Shown here piece by piece: positions 8,501 to 17,124 of a DNA stretch of 32,162 nt (positions are counted from its first letter, which is position 1; every line of letters begins with the position of its first letter). Source of the DNA: a virus (Duplodnaviria; Caudoviricetes); IMG/VR virus record IMGVR_UViG_3300006851_000014, positions 1 through 32,162 of that record; one strand, 5' to 3'. The position numbers and the translations under genes were made by a program. The notes under the pieces were generated by a model. It searched no databases. It was not told the origin of the DNA and was given only the letters and a program-made list of their open reading frames with translations.

Positions 8501-10045
8501 GGGCTCCGGATCCTTGGCATCGAGTTCCGTGGCGAGCTTCATGAGGGCCTCTTGAGCGTCCTTAGTCGGTAGGCTTTCCTCCACCTGTCTCCAGGCGTCG
8601 GCGAAGGCTTCGGCCTCAAGTTCCATGTATTGAATGGGAGTCAGGTGGTCGTCCTCGTTCACGCCCTTCCTGAGGAGGAAATCCTCCCAGTCGGAATCCT
8701 CACCCACTCCCAGGAGTCGTTTGACGTTGTTCCGGCCGATATGCGGCTCTAGGCTCTCAATGATCGGGTGGAGGTCGAGATCCTCCCACCAATAGAATTC
8801 GAAGTGCTCCACCACGTCGTCGATCGAGGCTTCGTTCTTGGCGATCCTGGTGACGAGCCGTTGCATCTCATGGATGTTTTCCGCGTGCTCCCGGCTGTAG
8901 GTGACGGAGACCGTGTGAACGGAACCACCGCCCAGACCGGACTGACCCCCTAGCTGGTGCCGTGACTTCAGGCCTTCCCGGAGAATGTCCTTCCCCTTCG
9001 TGCCCGCGTGCCACATGAACTCCCCAATGTCTCCGGGGTCTATGTTCTCGATGTTGTGGATAAAAGGTGTGGGGTCGAGCTCCAGGTCCTCCACGTTACG
9101 GAGGGCAAGGACTGACTCATCCTTCCCGTGGTAGATCGCAATAGCGTCGTCGTAGTCGAACTCGGCATCCGCGGTCTCCCGAGCCAGGCGCTTAGTGGTC
9201 TCGTCGTCCAACGAGCCCCGCTTGAACCGCTTGTGGAGCCCCACGATCCTCACGAGGCGTGTGGCGCCCTCGATGGTGGCGCCAAGGGCCAGCCCTACCA
9301 TGGCCCCCTCCATAGCGGCCTTCGTCCGAGCCCATAGCTCCGGATCGTCCTCGTTCGAGGCGAGCCACTCACCGATCGGGCGGGCGAACTCAGGGCCCGA
9401 AGAGGCCACGAGGTCAGCCAGACGCTCCTCGTAGGGGTTGAAGGCCACGAAGTCGGTCACTACTGACGCGGCCTCGGCGGGGACCATGAGGGCTACGGGC
9501 TTCGCCACCCGCTTACCGATCCCAGCTCCCCGCATGACCCGATAGGCCCTACGGCCAAGCTGGAGGGGCTTGAGGACCTTACCAGCCCCCACCATTCCGG
9601 TGAGGAACTGGCTCATACCCTCGACGAACTGGTAGGCCCCGTGATCGGACTCGATCTCCGGGAGTCTGTCCTCGTCGATGGGGCGGAACTTCCCGAACGT
9701 GAAGAAGGATGTGGTTTCGTTGACCGCTCCCGCGGCTCCTCGTACCACCGCCCGGCCGGTGTCCTTTACCACGTCCCCCAAGGTACGGTCTTCAGGCGCC
9801 TCTACGTCCCCTTGGGGGTCCTGGGGGCCTACAGGAGTCGTTGGGCCCAGCCACTCTTCCGTGACCTCCTGAGGGCCCTGTACGGCCCTCTCGCCCGCCA
9901 CCACTTCCTGGGGCTCCATGGCCTGTTGCCAGGTCTGGGCCCGTTGGTTCTCCTCGCGCTGGGCGCGGAGCTCCCGGAGGCGCCGGGCGCGCTCTTCCTC
10001 AGAGATGAGGCCGGGCTGCTGCCCGAACTGCTCCTGTTGAAACAT
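5579..10045 (-). CDS. Internal virion (ejection) protein, gp16-like, 1488 aa, with putative ART-fold insertion
   Basis: Size and position as third of three internal virion genes. C-terminal half has typical motifs (NMLLSGPKT, RALMATDEFFKQL, PFVRTPVNL, RRNLFGEP). Confidence 0.85.
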   Translation of the reverse strand: MFQQEQFGQQPGLISEEERARRLRELRAQREENQRAQTWQQAMEPQEVVAGERAVQGPQEVTEEWLGPTTPVGPQDPQGDVEAPEDRTLGDVVKDTGRAVVRGAAGAVNETTSFFTFGKFRPIDEDRLPEIESDHGAYQFVEGMSQFLTGMVGAGKVLKPLQLGRRAYRVMRGAGIGKRVAKPVALMVPAEAASVVTDFVAFNPYEERLADLVASSGPEFARPIGEWLASNEDDPELWARTKAAMEGAMVGLALGATIEGATRLVRIVGLHKRFKRGSLDDETTKRLARETADAEFDYDDAIAIYHGKDESVLALRNVEDLELDPTPFIHNIENIDPGDIGEFMWHAGTKGKDILREGLKSRHQLGGQSGLGGGSVHTVSVTYSREHAENIHEMQRLVTRIAKNEASIDDVVEHFEFYWWEDLDLHPIIESLEPHIGRNNVKRLLGVGEDSDWEDFLLRKGVNEDDHLTPIQYMELEAEAFADAWRQVEESLPTKDAQEALMKLATELDAKDPEPIRRTLIVHADGVRGIIDQFAQYDLEDLNIFQVGARKGVQPIELRPLEADIPHPGQSTTLPWEYEIQFHPDDVELLDRIIYRNERQTAALDTIIRAREGSVRKLPQAKIEKAVKEYRKALDEGADYFDLQQQWGINLGLLVKNYEDTKVLSKAVEEALKKEHMGARFLDSAAPKTYEELHERALTKFKEVFGNGATLDDLRNWAADLGSSNLDEAAVNLDAGFMVLHALAGDISRVARALDLMDGPEAVGLQGLLEEMVEAFADIQLRVLGGRSESGRLLNFMKKAGQLPSEVGKAAQEALQAGAETAGGRSALTPAQARELARNLRMAEGNPELIRKVLEHTVNVHRNWDNDPRLMDKINWFRTNMLLSGPKTFLVNAISNAITLFQVPVEHMWAGLRSGNRELVDYGRDEIGGIFSSISEAFSMARKSWTSDMNILDPSFRTDEGLTAMGPSPLNTIGQWAKTMVGVPGRALMATDEFFKQLSYRGHVLAQAKATAREDAVTRGLRRGTKEFHEYVAKRAAEALEGAFTKEGHALNPFALENSRYVTFQNELGYGFGQTIQRAVNEHPFLRFILPFVRTPVNLFRFTWQRTPVLGRFQRQLREDLAAGGYRAEIAKARLEAGWVLWGSAAVLAMGGHITGGGPFNPNVRKQWRDLGNQPYSFRLPSGEQISFHRGDPQFTPLGIIADAVEAAGELGEEDATQVGFAVATAIAASATSKTFLTGLSEVFEALGDGHPEVVKRTLTNMATSFTPNFLNQINADEVFREARSLVDEFRRRLPGFSDQLEPRRNLFGEPVLKPAMAFGMEFGGVGDYVNRFLNPFTTMKVEEDWETFQALTDLGKALPYPQRTRMEGKIDLADRKKYDNGTGQSPYDRMFEIVSNPSWGPPLREALRDLVQSKAFQRLGAGNDTFRGGARHEMARRLVSRYYRAAEKQILLEYPKLREEMQALTERRLEGFIGTGQLERDEELLGF

Positions 10046-10054
10046 GGTGCTCCT

Positions 10055-12187
10055 TTATGGGTTGAGAAGGCCGCGAAGGACCTCAAGGCGTTCTACGTCG
10101 TCCACTAGTCGCTGGTAGACCCTGGCGGACGCCGGGGATAGATTATCGGGGTCACCCCCCTGGGCCTCGTAGCCGAGTAGACGGTCTTCCGATTTCTCCA
10201 GGCGGGCGATCTCGGCCTGTACTGCCCTCAACAGGGACTCCTGCCTGGCGGTCCCCGCGAGGACCCGCCGGGCTACGAGACTGTGCTTGGGATCACTCTG
10301 GAGGAGGTCGATGGCCTCCGCTGTGAGGGAGGACTCGCCGGCGTCCCTGTCGTCAGACTGGTCTGACTGCTCGGGCTCTACGGGGCTCGACTCTTCCTCC
10401 CTAACAATCCCATAGGCTCGCTCCTGACGGCTCGTAAGGGCCTCTAGTCGTTCAAGGGAGTTGGGGTTCTGGAGGTTGATGACCTCGAAGGGGACGCCGT
10501 AGCGCCACAGCTTCAGGGCTAGGGAGTTACTGAGAGTGCCCTCTGCATCGAGGAAGGTCCGCAGCTCTGCTACCTCATCCCCTTGGAGGATCGGTTTATT
10601 CCAGTCCAGGGGGTTGTGGGGAGCAACCGCTGCCTGGGCCTCCTGCGTCTGGAGCGGGAAGAACTGCCGGCGGGTGGCCTCGAAGATCCGGTCGAGCTCG
10701 GCCATACGCTCCATAGGCCCGGCCTCGCGTCCACCACCCTCTGTCCAATACTGCCACCACCGCTCGCGTGCCCAGGTAAGGGCCTGTCGGGCGAGGATCT
10801 CGGCCTGCCGGCCCGCTTCGGCCCCGAAGGACTCGAAGATACTCTCGGACCCGGCCACCCGGCGGATGAACCGCTCGCTGTCCTGCCAGTAGTCCTCCTT
10901 GAAGGGATCTTCCGAGCCCTGCATGAGCGCGTGCTGCCACTGGGCGTACTGGGCGGCATAGCCGATCGCCCGGAGGTACTCCGTGTCCGAGTACACGCCC
11001 TGCTGCCACCCCTGCATGAGATCGTGCATGGAGAGTTCGCCGGCCTGTGCTCGGGCCTGGATGTGGGCGAGCCGTAGGGGATCCACTTCGTAGTCCTGGA
11101 GGGCCTGGTTGACCCTACCGCGGACCGCAAGGGGATCCGTAGCCATCCGTGGGTCCAGGATCCCCATACGGAGGTTCCAGTCCTCGTGATCGACGTTGTG
11201 GAGGCCCTTCTGCCGGACCTCCTCGTAGTAGTCCATCTGGACCTTGTAGGCCTCTTCCTGACGAGCGGTCTGTTCCCGGCGAAGGTCTCGGTCCTCCAGG
11301 TCCTCGATGCGTCGCGCCGCTTCCTCAGCGGCCCGGCGGAACCTAGGGATGTCCGCGAGGGTCTTACCCCCGTGGGTCTTGACCGAACGGGCGTAGAGGA
11401 GGGCGTCTGGGTCCCTGGTGGTGACGGCGTGCGTGATGATCGCCTCCTCCAGGACCTCATTCACCCGCGTCCCGTCCAGTCCGTGCTCCTGAATGGCCCA
11501 TCGGGCAAGCTCGTCGAGTCGTTCCCCTACCTCGTTAGTCTCAAGACCTTCCAGGTTGTCCAAGATCCCCATGGCCTCAGCGCCCACAGTCTCGGTAGAC
11601 TGTCGGACGGCCTGGGCCCCTGCCTGGGCCGCGAACTGCCGAGCGATACCTGCGGCCCGCTGGTTCACAGCGTCCGCGAAGAAGGCGTCGAACCCAGCGT
11701 CCCGGTTGCCCTCCCCGATCTCCTCGGCTACGAACTCCCTACGGAGTTGTGCTTCGAGGGCTTGAAACTGCTCGGGGTCGGTCGCACCCCCAGCGAGGAG
11801 GGCGTTGGCCTCGGCATGGAGACGGGCGGCGTAGCGGTCGGCGGCGACCGTAGCAAACTGCCGCTTCATCCCAAGCCGAAACCAAGGGTTCTGATCCTGT
11901 CGGATAAGTCCGTCCCTGACGGCCTGCCTGTAGGTCTGCTGGTCCTCCAGGAGACGTTGGGCCTCTGCACGGCCCTTCTGCTCCTGGACCCTCGCCCGTC
12001 GCTCAAGGGTCTGGTCAGCGAAGCGGCCCAGGGAGGGCGCGATCTCTGCAAGGCCCTGGGCGAGCCCCCGTAGGGTCCTGGACCTCTCAGGGGCCACAAA
12101 GGATCCGGAGGGACTCGCACGAGGTTGTAGCCGTTCAGGGGTCAGGCCGCTCCCGACCATGACCCGTTGGCGTCCGCGTGTGGGCAT
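10055..12187 (-). CDS. Internal virion protein, gp15-like
   Basis: 710-aa alpha-helical protein between the gp14-like and gp16-like genes. N-terminal LQPRASP..LAQGLAEIAPSL is typical. Confidence 0.75.
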   Translation of the reverse strand: MPTRGRQRVMVGSGLTPERLQPRASPSGSFVAPERSRTLRGLAQGLAEIAPSLGRFADQTLERRARVQEQKGRAEAQRLLEDQQTYRQAVRDGLIRQDQNPWFRLGMKRQFATVAADRYAARLHAEANALLAGGATDPEQFQALEAQLRREFVAEEIGEGNRDAGFDAFFADAVNQRAAGIARQFAAQAGAQAVRQSTETVGAEAMGILDNLEGLETNEVGERLDELARWAIQEHGLDGTRVNEVLEEAIITHAVTTRDPDALLYARSVKTHGGKTLADIPRFRRAAEEAARRIEDLEDRDLRREQTARQEEAYKVQMDYYEEVRQKGLHNVDHEDWNLRMGILDPRMATDPLAVRGRVNQALQDYEVDPLRLAHIQARAQAGELSMHDLMQGWQQGVYSDTEYLRAIGYAAQYAQWQHALMQGSEDPFKEDYWQDSERFIRRVAGSESIFESFGAEAGRQAEILARQALTWARERWWQYWTEGGGREAGPMERMAELDRIFEATRRQFFPLQTQEAQAAVAPHNPLDWNKPILQGDEVAELRTFLDAEGTLSNSLALKLWRYGVPFEVINLQNPNSLERLEALTSRQERAYGIVREEESSPVEPEQSDQSDDRDAGESSLTAEAIDLLQSDPKHSLVARRVLAGTARQESLLRAVQAEIARLEKSEDRLLGYEAQGGDPDNLSPASARVYQRLVDDVERLEVLRGLLNP

Positions 12188-12720
12188 TATTCCTCCTCCT
12201 CAGGTTGATCCGCCCCCACGGGACGGGCGAAGCGTTGGTACGTGGAATAAGCGTCCAGCCCGCCGGCGCCGACCCGGAGGAGGGTCTGCAAGAGACTGGG
12301 CCGCTCGATGGAGTTCAGCCGTGACTGTGCTTCGAGTTCCGCCCCCTCCCTCATCCGCTGGATCTGATCGAGGGCGGTAACCGTGTTGAAGTCGATGCTC
12401 TGGTAGACCCTACCGAGGTCCCCGGAGATATCAGAAACCAGGGCGTCTACGGAGGCCCCACGGACCCCCGCAGAGGCCGCTGAAACCTGGGCGGAGCCCG
12501 TAGCCACCTGAGCCTGCCGCTCGGCCTGGCTACGGGCCTGTGCCGCCGCCTGGACCTCCTCGATCCCACGGATGGTGAGGTCCCGGCTCTGGAGCCTGAG
12601 GGCCTGGCGGGTGGCCTCCTCAGACCGGTCTGCCTCCCGCTGCCGGGCGGCGTGACCGGTGATGGCGCCCCCGATCGAGACCGCGGCCTGGACGCCGGCT
12701 AGAATCGCTGCTGGAAGCAT
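12187..12720 (-). CDS. Internal virion protein, gp14-like
   Basis: 177 aa, Ala/Gln-rich, hydrophobic N-terminus, ASAGVRGASVDAL motif; follows tail tubular B. Confidence 0.85.
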   Translation of the reverse strand: MLPAAILAGVQAAVSIGGAITGHAARQREADRSEEATRQALRLQSRDLTIRGIEEVQAAAQARSQAERQAQVATGSAQVSAASAGVRGASVDALVSDISGDLGRVYQSIDFNTVTALDQIQRMREGAELEAQSRLNSIERPSLLQTLLRVGAGGLDAYSTYQRFARPVGADQPEEEE

Positions 12721-15700
12721 TATCTCTCCTGTCGTAATCTAGGGTGCTGTCTGGGGTAGAAGATCCCCTCCCAGTCGAGAGAAGAGACCGCGCACGGCCC
12801 TCGACCGTGGTCGGTGAGGGTGAGGGTGTAGTCCTTGGCCCCTACAGGGGCTCTCAAGGTCCCTTCGGAGGCCACCGAGGCCTCTTCGGTGTAGGTGTAG
12901 GTCTGGCGCCCTTCGGGGGACACCTGGAGGGTCAAGCCTGTTGTGTCGTGGTAGTGGACCTCGACGTACAGGACCCGGAGGTCCCCTGGGATGATCTTAC
13001 CGTACTCGTTACGAACGTGGATCGGCGTGAACTCGTAGGTGAACCCGTAGTCCAGGGTCTCAGGACCCACAGTGTCCCGGTAGTCCTGAGGACCTGACGG
13101 TAGCTCCCCGCTCAGGTTGATCTCGCCTAGGTAGACCCCGCTGCCCCGTACCGTCACCACGGAGAGGACCCCATCCAAGAGACTCACGTCCACAGCCCCC
13201 TCAGGGATCTCCCAACGGGACCATGCGGAGAGGATCCGGCCGTGACCGGGCTCGTCGTGGTAGGTGTAGACGTAGAGGCCGGCACTCGTTAGGAGGGCCA
13301 GCACCCCCAGGGCTGGGTCAACCGCTAGGGCCTTCGGGGCCCCTTGGATGTAGGTAGGGATCTCCACGGTCAGGTTGTCAGCCGCCACCCGGAGGTTCTG
13401 CCTCACGGACGCTTCGAGGACTTGGACACCCTCCACCCCTCGCCGGACGAAGTAGATCCGGGAGCCCGCCACAACAGGGCGAACGTCCGGGTCGTTCGGG
13501 AGCTCGGCCACGAGGCCCAGCGAGACCGACCGGGGCGAGAGAAAGGGATCCCCACCGAGCCGGTAGAGCCCCAGGTCGCTTAGGAGGAAGAGCCCCTGAT
13601 CCCACTCGATCGCGGTGTGGAACTCGGCCGTGCGTCGGCCTGAGCTCTCCACGTCGATCACGTCGCTGTCCAGGAGGACCCGCGCGCTCTGACGGACGAA
13701 GGTTGTGTGGTCCCCTGACCTAGAAAGGACGACGGACCCGCCGGCGGTGATGCCGAGCCTGTCCTCGACGAAGAAGACCTCGCGGCCCTTCCAGCCTACG
13801 AAGCTAGGGAAGGGACAACGCTCCTCGTCGCCGGCCTCTCGCGGGGCCCAGGCCGAACGCCGGAAGACGAAGTAGTCCCCGGTCTCCGTGATCTCGCACT
13901 CGTCCCCGGCCTCGAAGCGGTTGCGCTCCCCGCCCGTCAGTCCGGTGACCACCACCAGGCCTCCTACGGTTCTCTCGATGGTCCCCTCAGACCTGTCGGT
14001 CAGGTTGCGGACCGTGAGTCCTACATAGGCATCTGGTGGGAGGTTTAGCGCCGTGCCGGCGTACAGGTGGGTTTCGTCGCTCCAGGTGAGGCTGGCCTCG
14101 ACCGTCTCCGTGGTGGGGATCCTAACTCGGGTACCCTGGGCGGTAGCGCCGGGAATCAACGCAGCGAGCTCAGTGGCTACTGCGTGGGCCCTTAGGGGCT
14201 GGTCCTCGATGACGTACTCGTAGACTGAGCCGCCCACTGACACTTCCACTTCCCAGCCGACAGGGTATAGCCCCCCGTCCGGGATCTGTAGCTCCTGTGA
14301 ATCCCAGGAGTAGTGCCGTAGGCCGGCGTTGTAACCCCACACCAAGAGGTTGGCCCGGCGATACATCTCCTGGGGAGTCTCGCCTTGGCTGTACTCCATG
14401 AGGAGTCGGTAGGCGGCCCCGCCAGGAGGCACCACTACCTCGGTGTCTAGGGTGTCATGGTGGACCCCCGAGCCCCCTTGGTACATCCTACGGGCCACTA
14501 CGGTAGGCTCCCCAGGGGAGACCTGGTAGAGGTTGAGTAGGACCCTAGAGCCCGCCACCATCCCAGCGGTGTCGAGACTGTACGAGGCAGAGACTTGGCG
14601 CCGCTGGCCGGCGTAGCCCGCTGGGATGCTAGCCTGGACGAACTCACGGTGCTCGGTGATGTCCTGGTCGGTTTGCTCCAGGATAGGCTCTGAGCCTTCG
14701 TCCTCCCACACCCCACGATCGGTCCAGGGTGATGTCGCCTCGGTCACGTCCCCAGGACCCACCACGGGCTCCGGGGGGAAGGCCTGGGCCTCTACAGGGT
14801 CCATGAAGGCCCCGCGGTACTGGAGGAGATGCGGCATGGTCTCGGGATCCAGGCGGGTCCTGGTCCCCGGCTTCGCTGTCTCGCGCCACACTCCATCCTT
14901 CTCAGGACTGCCGCGGTCGTCGTAGCGCACCCAGTAGTTGTCATCTCCGGTCCCTGGATCCCCAGCGACCTCCACCACTAGCCCGTTGGGGGCGCGGGAG
15001 GGGAGGTCCTCGAACGTCTGTACGGAACCTTTGACCACCACCATGCCCCGATCCGCTAGACCGTCCGATCCTGTTAGTCGGAAATCCCGTCCGTCCTTCC
15101 GCCGGATCACAATGGTGGAGCCGTACTGCTCTCCCTCGAAGTAGTGACCAAAGTAGTCGTAAGAGTACCGGAGCCTTTCTAGGAAGGCCCTAGCTACGTT
15201 GGTGGTGTCGATCCTCTCCCGGTCGTTCGGGCTGTTCCCGGAAGGGGTCGTGTAGTACATGGTCCGGCCGTCAAGCCGGATCTCGTATCGGGTGCCGTAG
15301 TCGGACTGGCGGATGTAGATGAGGCCGCGGGGCTCCTGGAGGGGCGCGCGATCCTCCAAGGCCTCGATGGTCCGGCCCTGGTTGAGGATCCACATACGAT
15401 CTCCTACCGCCACCGTGCGGAAACCGCCGGGGCCTGAAAGGTACCCCTTCCCGTCCGGGAAATGGACCACCTGTTCGGCACCGGTCTCGGCGTCGAACAC
15501 CTTCAGGTCCCCGCCGGCGATAACCACACGGAACCGGGAGTCATTGTCCCGGACGTAGGTCTCCACGAGGCCCGTGGTGTAGCCGCTAGGGTCCTCGGAT
15601 AGAGTAGCGACGTGATTGAGGGGCGGGCGCTTCGCCACACCCCCCGCCACCGTGGCCCACCCGTTCACAACCTCGGAGGCCTGGGAGGGGTGCCTAAGCC

Positions 15701-15761
15701 TTGGTGGCCGTTGGGATACCCCGCCGCTCAGGCTGGCGAGAGTGTCAGAAATATGGGCCAT
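12720..15761 (-). CDS. Tail tubular protein B (nozzle, T7 gp12-like) with ~310-aa insertion
   Basis: LSGGVSQRP, GGVAKRPP, WRETAKPG..TMPHLL, REAGDEERCPFPSFVG, DRLG and SAWSRW motifs. Confidence 0.93.
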   Translation of the reverse strand: MAHISDTLASLSGGVSQRPPRLRHPSQASEVVNGWATVAGGVAKRPPLNHVATLSEDPSGYTTGLVETYVRDNDSRFRVVIAGGDLKVFDAETGAEQVVHFPDGKGYLSGPGGFRTVAVGDRMWILNQGRTIEALEDRAPLQEPRGLIYIRQSDYGTRYEIRLDGRTMYYTTPSGNSPNDRERIDTTNVARAFLERLRYSYDYFGHYFEGEQYGSTIVIRRKDGRDFRLTGSDGLADRGMVVVKGSVQTFEDLPSRAPNGLVVEVAGDPGTGDDNYWVRYDDRGSPEKDGVWRETAKPGTRTRLDPETMPHLLQYRGAFMDPVEAQAFPPEPVVGPGDVTEATSPWTDRGVWEDEGSEPILEQTDQDITEHREFVQASIPAGYAGQRRQVSASYSLDTAGMVAGSRVLLNLYQVSPGEPTVVARRMYQGGSGVHHDTLDTEVVVPPGGAAYRLLMEYSQGETPQEMYRRANLLVWGYNAGLRHYSWDSQELQIPDGGLYPVGWEVEVSVGGSVYEYVIEDQPLRAHAVATELAALIPGATAQGTRVRIPTTETVEASLTWSDETHLYAGTALNLPPDAYVGLTVRNLTDRSEGTIERTVGGLVVVTGLTGGERNRFEAGDECEITETGDYFVFRRSAWAPREAGDEERCPFPSFVGWKGREVFFVEDRLGITAGGSVVLSRSGDHTTFVRQSARVLLDSDVIDVESSGRRTAEFHTAIEWDQGLFLLSDLGLYRLGGDPFLSPRSVSLGLVAELPNDPDVRPVVAGSRIYFVRRGVEGVQVLEASVRQNLRVAADNLTVEIPTYIQGAPKALAVDPALGVLALLTSAGLYVYTYHDEPGHGRILSAWSRWEIPEGAVDVSLLDGVLSVVTVRGSGVYLGEINLSGELPSGPQDYRDTVGPETLDYGFTYEFTPIHVRNEYGKIIPGDLRVLYVEVHYHDTTGLTLQVSPEGRQTYTYTEEASVASEGTLRAPVGAKDYTLTLTDHGRGPCAVSSLDWEGIFYPRQHPRLRQER

Positions 15762-15767
15762 GTTTTC

Positions 15768-17045
15768 TTACTCGGTGTAGTTCCTGTTCGGGACGAAACT
15801 GTGGGAACCCTGTCGGCCGCCCAACATCTCCAGGGAGAGCCGGCTGTCCACGAAGCTGTACCGCTCCGTGTCGCCCTGCTCACGCTGTAGCTGGCGCCAG
15901 GCGCGACTGATGTCGTCCTCGGTCACGCGGGCCCGGTCGGCGCCGTTGGGGAGCGCCTCAGCGACCTGCTTCGAGGCGAGGGCAACGATGAATCGCCTCA
16001 CCACGTCCGGCATGTCCTCGAACTTGAAGAAGTAGATCGCGTTAATGAGGAGCCGGGGGAGGTCTAGACCGTCGCGGTTGTAGCGTCGATCGTAGAAGAT
16101 CCGGGGATGCCCGTCGTACTCCTTAGGGGGCCTCAGGGAGACCAGGAGCTCCCGCTGCTCGGGGATCCGGGCGAGCTCCCAGGAGATCATGTTGTCCGCA
16201 GGGGGCACGAAGATGTTACGTCCCTCGAACTCAGCGACCGGCTCCAACTCCAGACCTAGGTCAGTGTTGTACCGCCAGCCCTCGCTCTGAACCTCCCGCG
16301 CCACGCGGCGAAGGACGTTGAGGGCGTGGACGGCCTCGTGCGACAGGGCGTAGAGACTCGGGACCTCCTCCATCCCCAGGTTAGCGAGGACCTGGTTCAG
16401 GGCGTCGAGCTCGGAGGTCTGTTGGCTCCAGGGTGCGGCCTGGGGCTGACCCCGGCGCTGTTCGAGCATGAGGTCCTGAAAGGCCACCTGCTCGTCCTGT
16501 TCGCCCAGGCGGCTCTTCTCTAAAGCGCCCTGGTCGGCCGCGAAGCGCCGCGAGGCCACCACAACGATGTAGCGCCGGGCGGTCTCCGGTAGGTCGCTGA
16601 AGGATTCCAGAAACCAGGTCGGGTCGATGTAGAGGGTGTCCTCCTCCCACCCGTCCCGTCCGCGGATGCGGTCGTAGAGGACCTCTACGGGCTCGCCGTC
16701 CACCAGGTACTCGCGGGACTTCCGGACCACGGCGTCCATGCCGTACTGGTCGTCCCGGAGGGAGAGGCGGAACCCGGCGAGGTTCGGCGGGGGAGTGAAG
16801 ACGTTGAGGGTGCCGCCGTCCGAATGCTCGAAGGTGGCAACCGGCGTCAGCTTGTAGTTGAACTCGGTGTTGAACCGCCACCCCCGGGCCTGGACCTCTC
16901 GTGTAGCGTCCCTGAGGATGTTCAGGGCCTTCTCCACGTCCCCTCGGGGCGAGGTCTCAAGGCTCTGGACGGGGGCTTCACCGATGGACGACAGCATGGC
17001 GTTGACCGCCTGGAGCTCCGTCGTTGGGGCAATGTTCGTTAACAT
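15768..17045 (-). CDS. Tail tubular protein A (adaptor, T7 gp11-like), tandem duplicated
   Basis: Two copies of the gp11 signature: TELQAVNAMLSSIGEAPV..REVQARGWRFNT..FSDLPETARRYI and SELDALNQVLANLGMEEV..REVQSEGWRYNT..FEDMPDVVRRFI. Confidence 0.92.
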   Translation of the reverse strand: MLTNIAPTTELQAVNAMLSSIGEAPVQSLETSPRGDVEKALNILRDATREVQARGWRFNTEFNYKLTPVATFEHSDGGTLNVFTPPPNLAGFRLSLRDDQYGMDAVVRKSREYLVDGEPVEVLYDRIRGRDGWEEDTLYIDPTWFLESFSDLPETARRYIVVVASRRFAADQGALEKSRLGEQDEQVAFQDLMLEQRRGQPQAAPWSQQTSELDALNQVLANLGMEEVPSLYALSHEAVHALNVLRRVAREVQSEGWRYNTDLGLELEPVAEFEGRNIFVPPADNMISWELARIPEQRELLVSLRPPKEYDGHPRIFYDRRYNRDGLDLPRLLINAIYFFKFEDMPDVVRRFIVALASKQVAEALPNGADRARVTEDDISRAWRQLQREQGDTERYSFVDSRLSLEMLGGRQGSHSFVPNRNYTE

Positions 17046-17069
17046 GGTTCGTCATCGGGTGTGGGGATG

Positions 17070-17109
17070 AAAAAAACCGGAGAGTAGGGAACGTGCCCTA
17101 CCCTCCGGT
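17070..17109 (-). terminator. Intrinsic terminator after capsid gene (T-phi equivalent)
   Basis: Minus strand ACCGGAGGGTAGGG-CACGTT-CCCTACTCTCCGG followed by T7, at the same position as T7 T-phi. Confidence 0.9.
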
Positions 17110-17124
17110 CGTTAGGTCTAAGTC

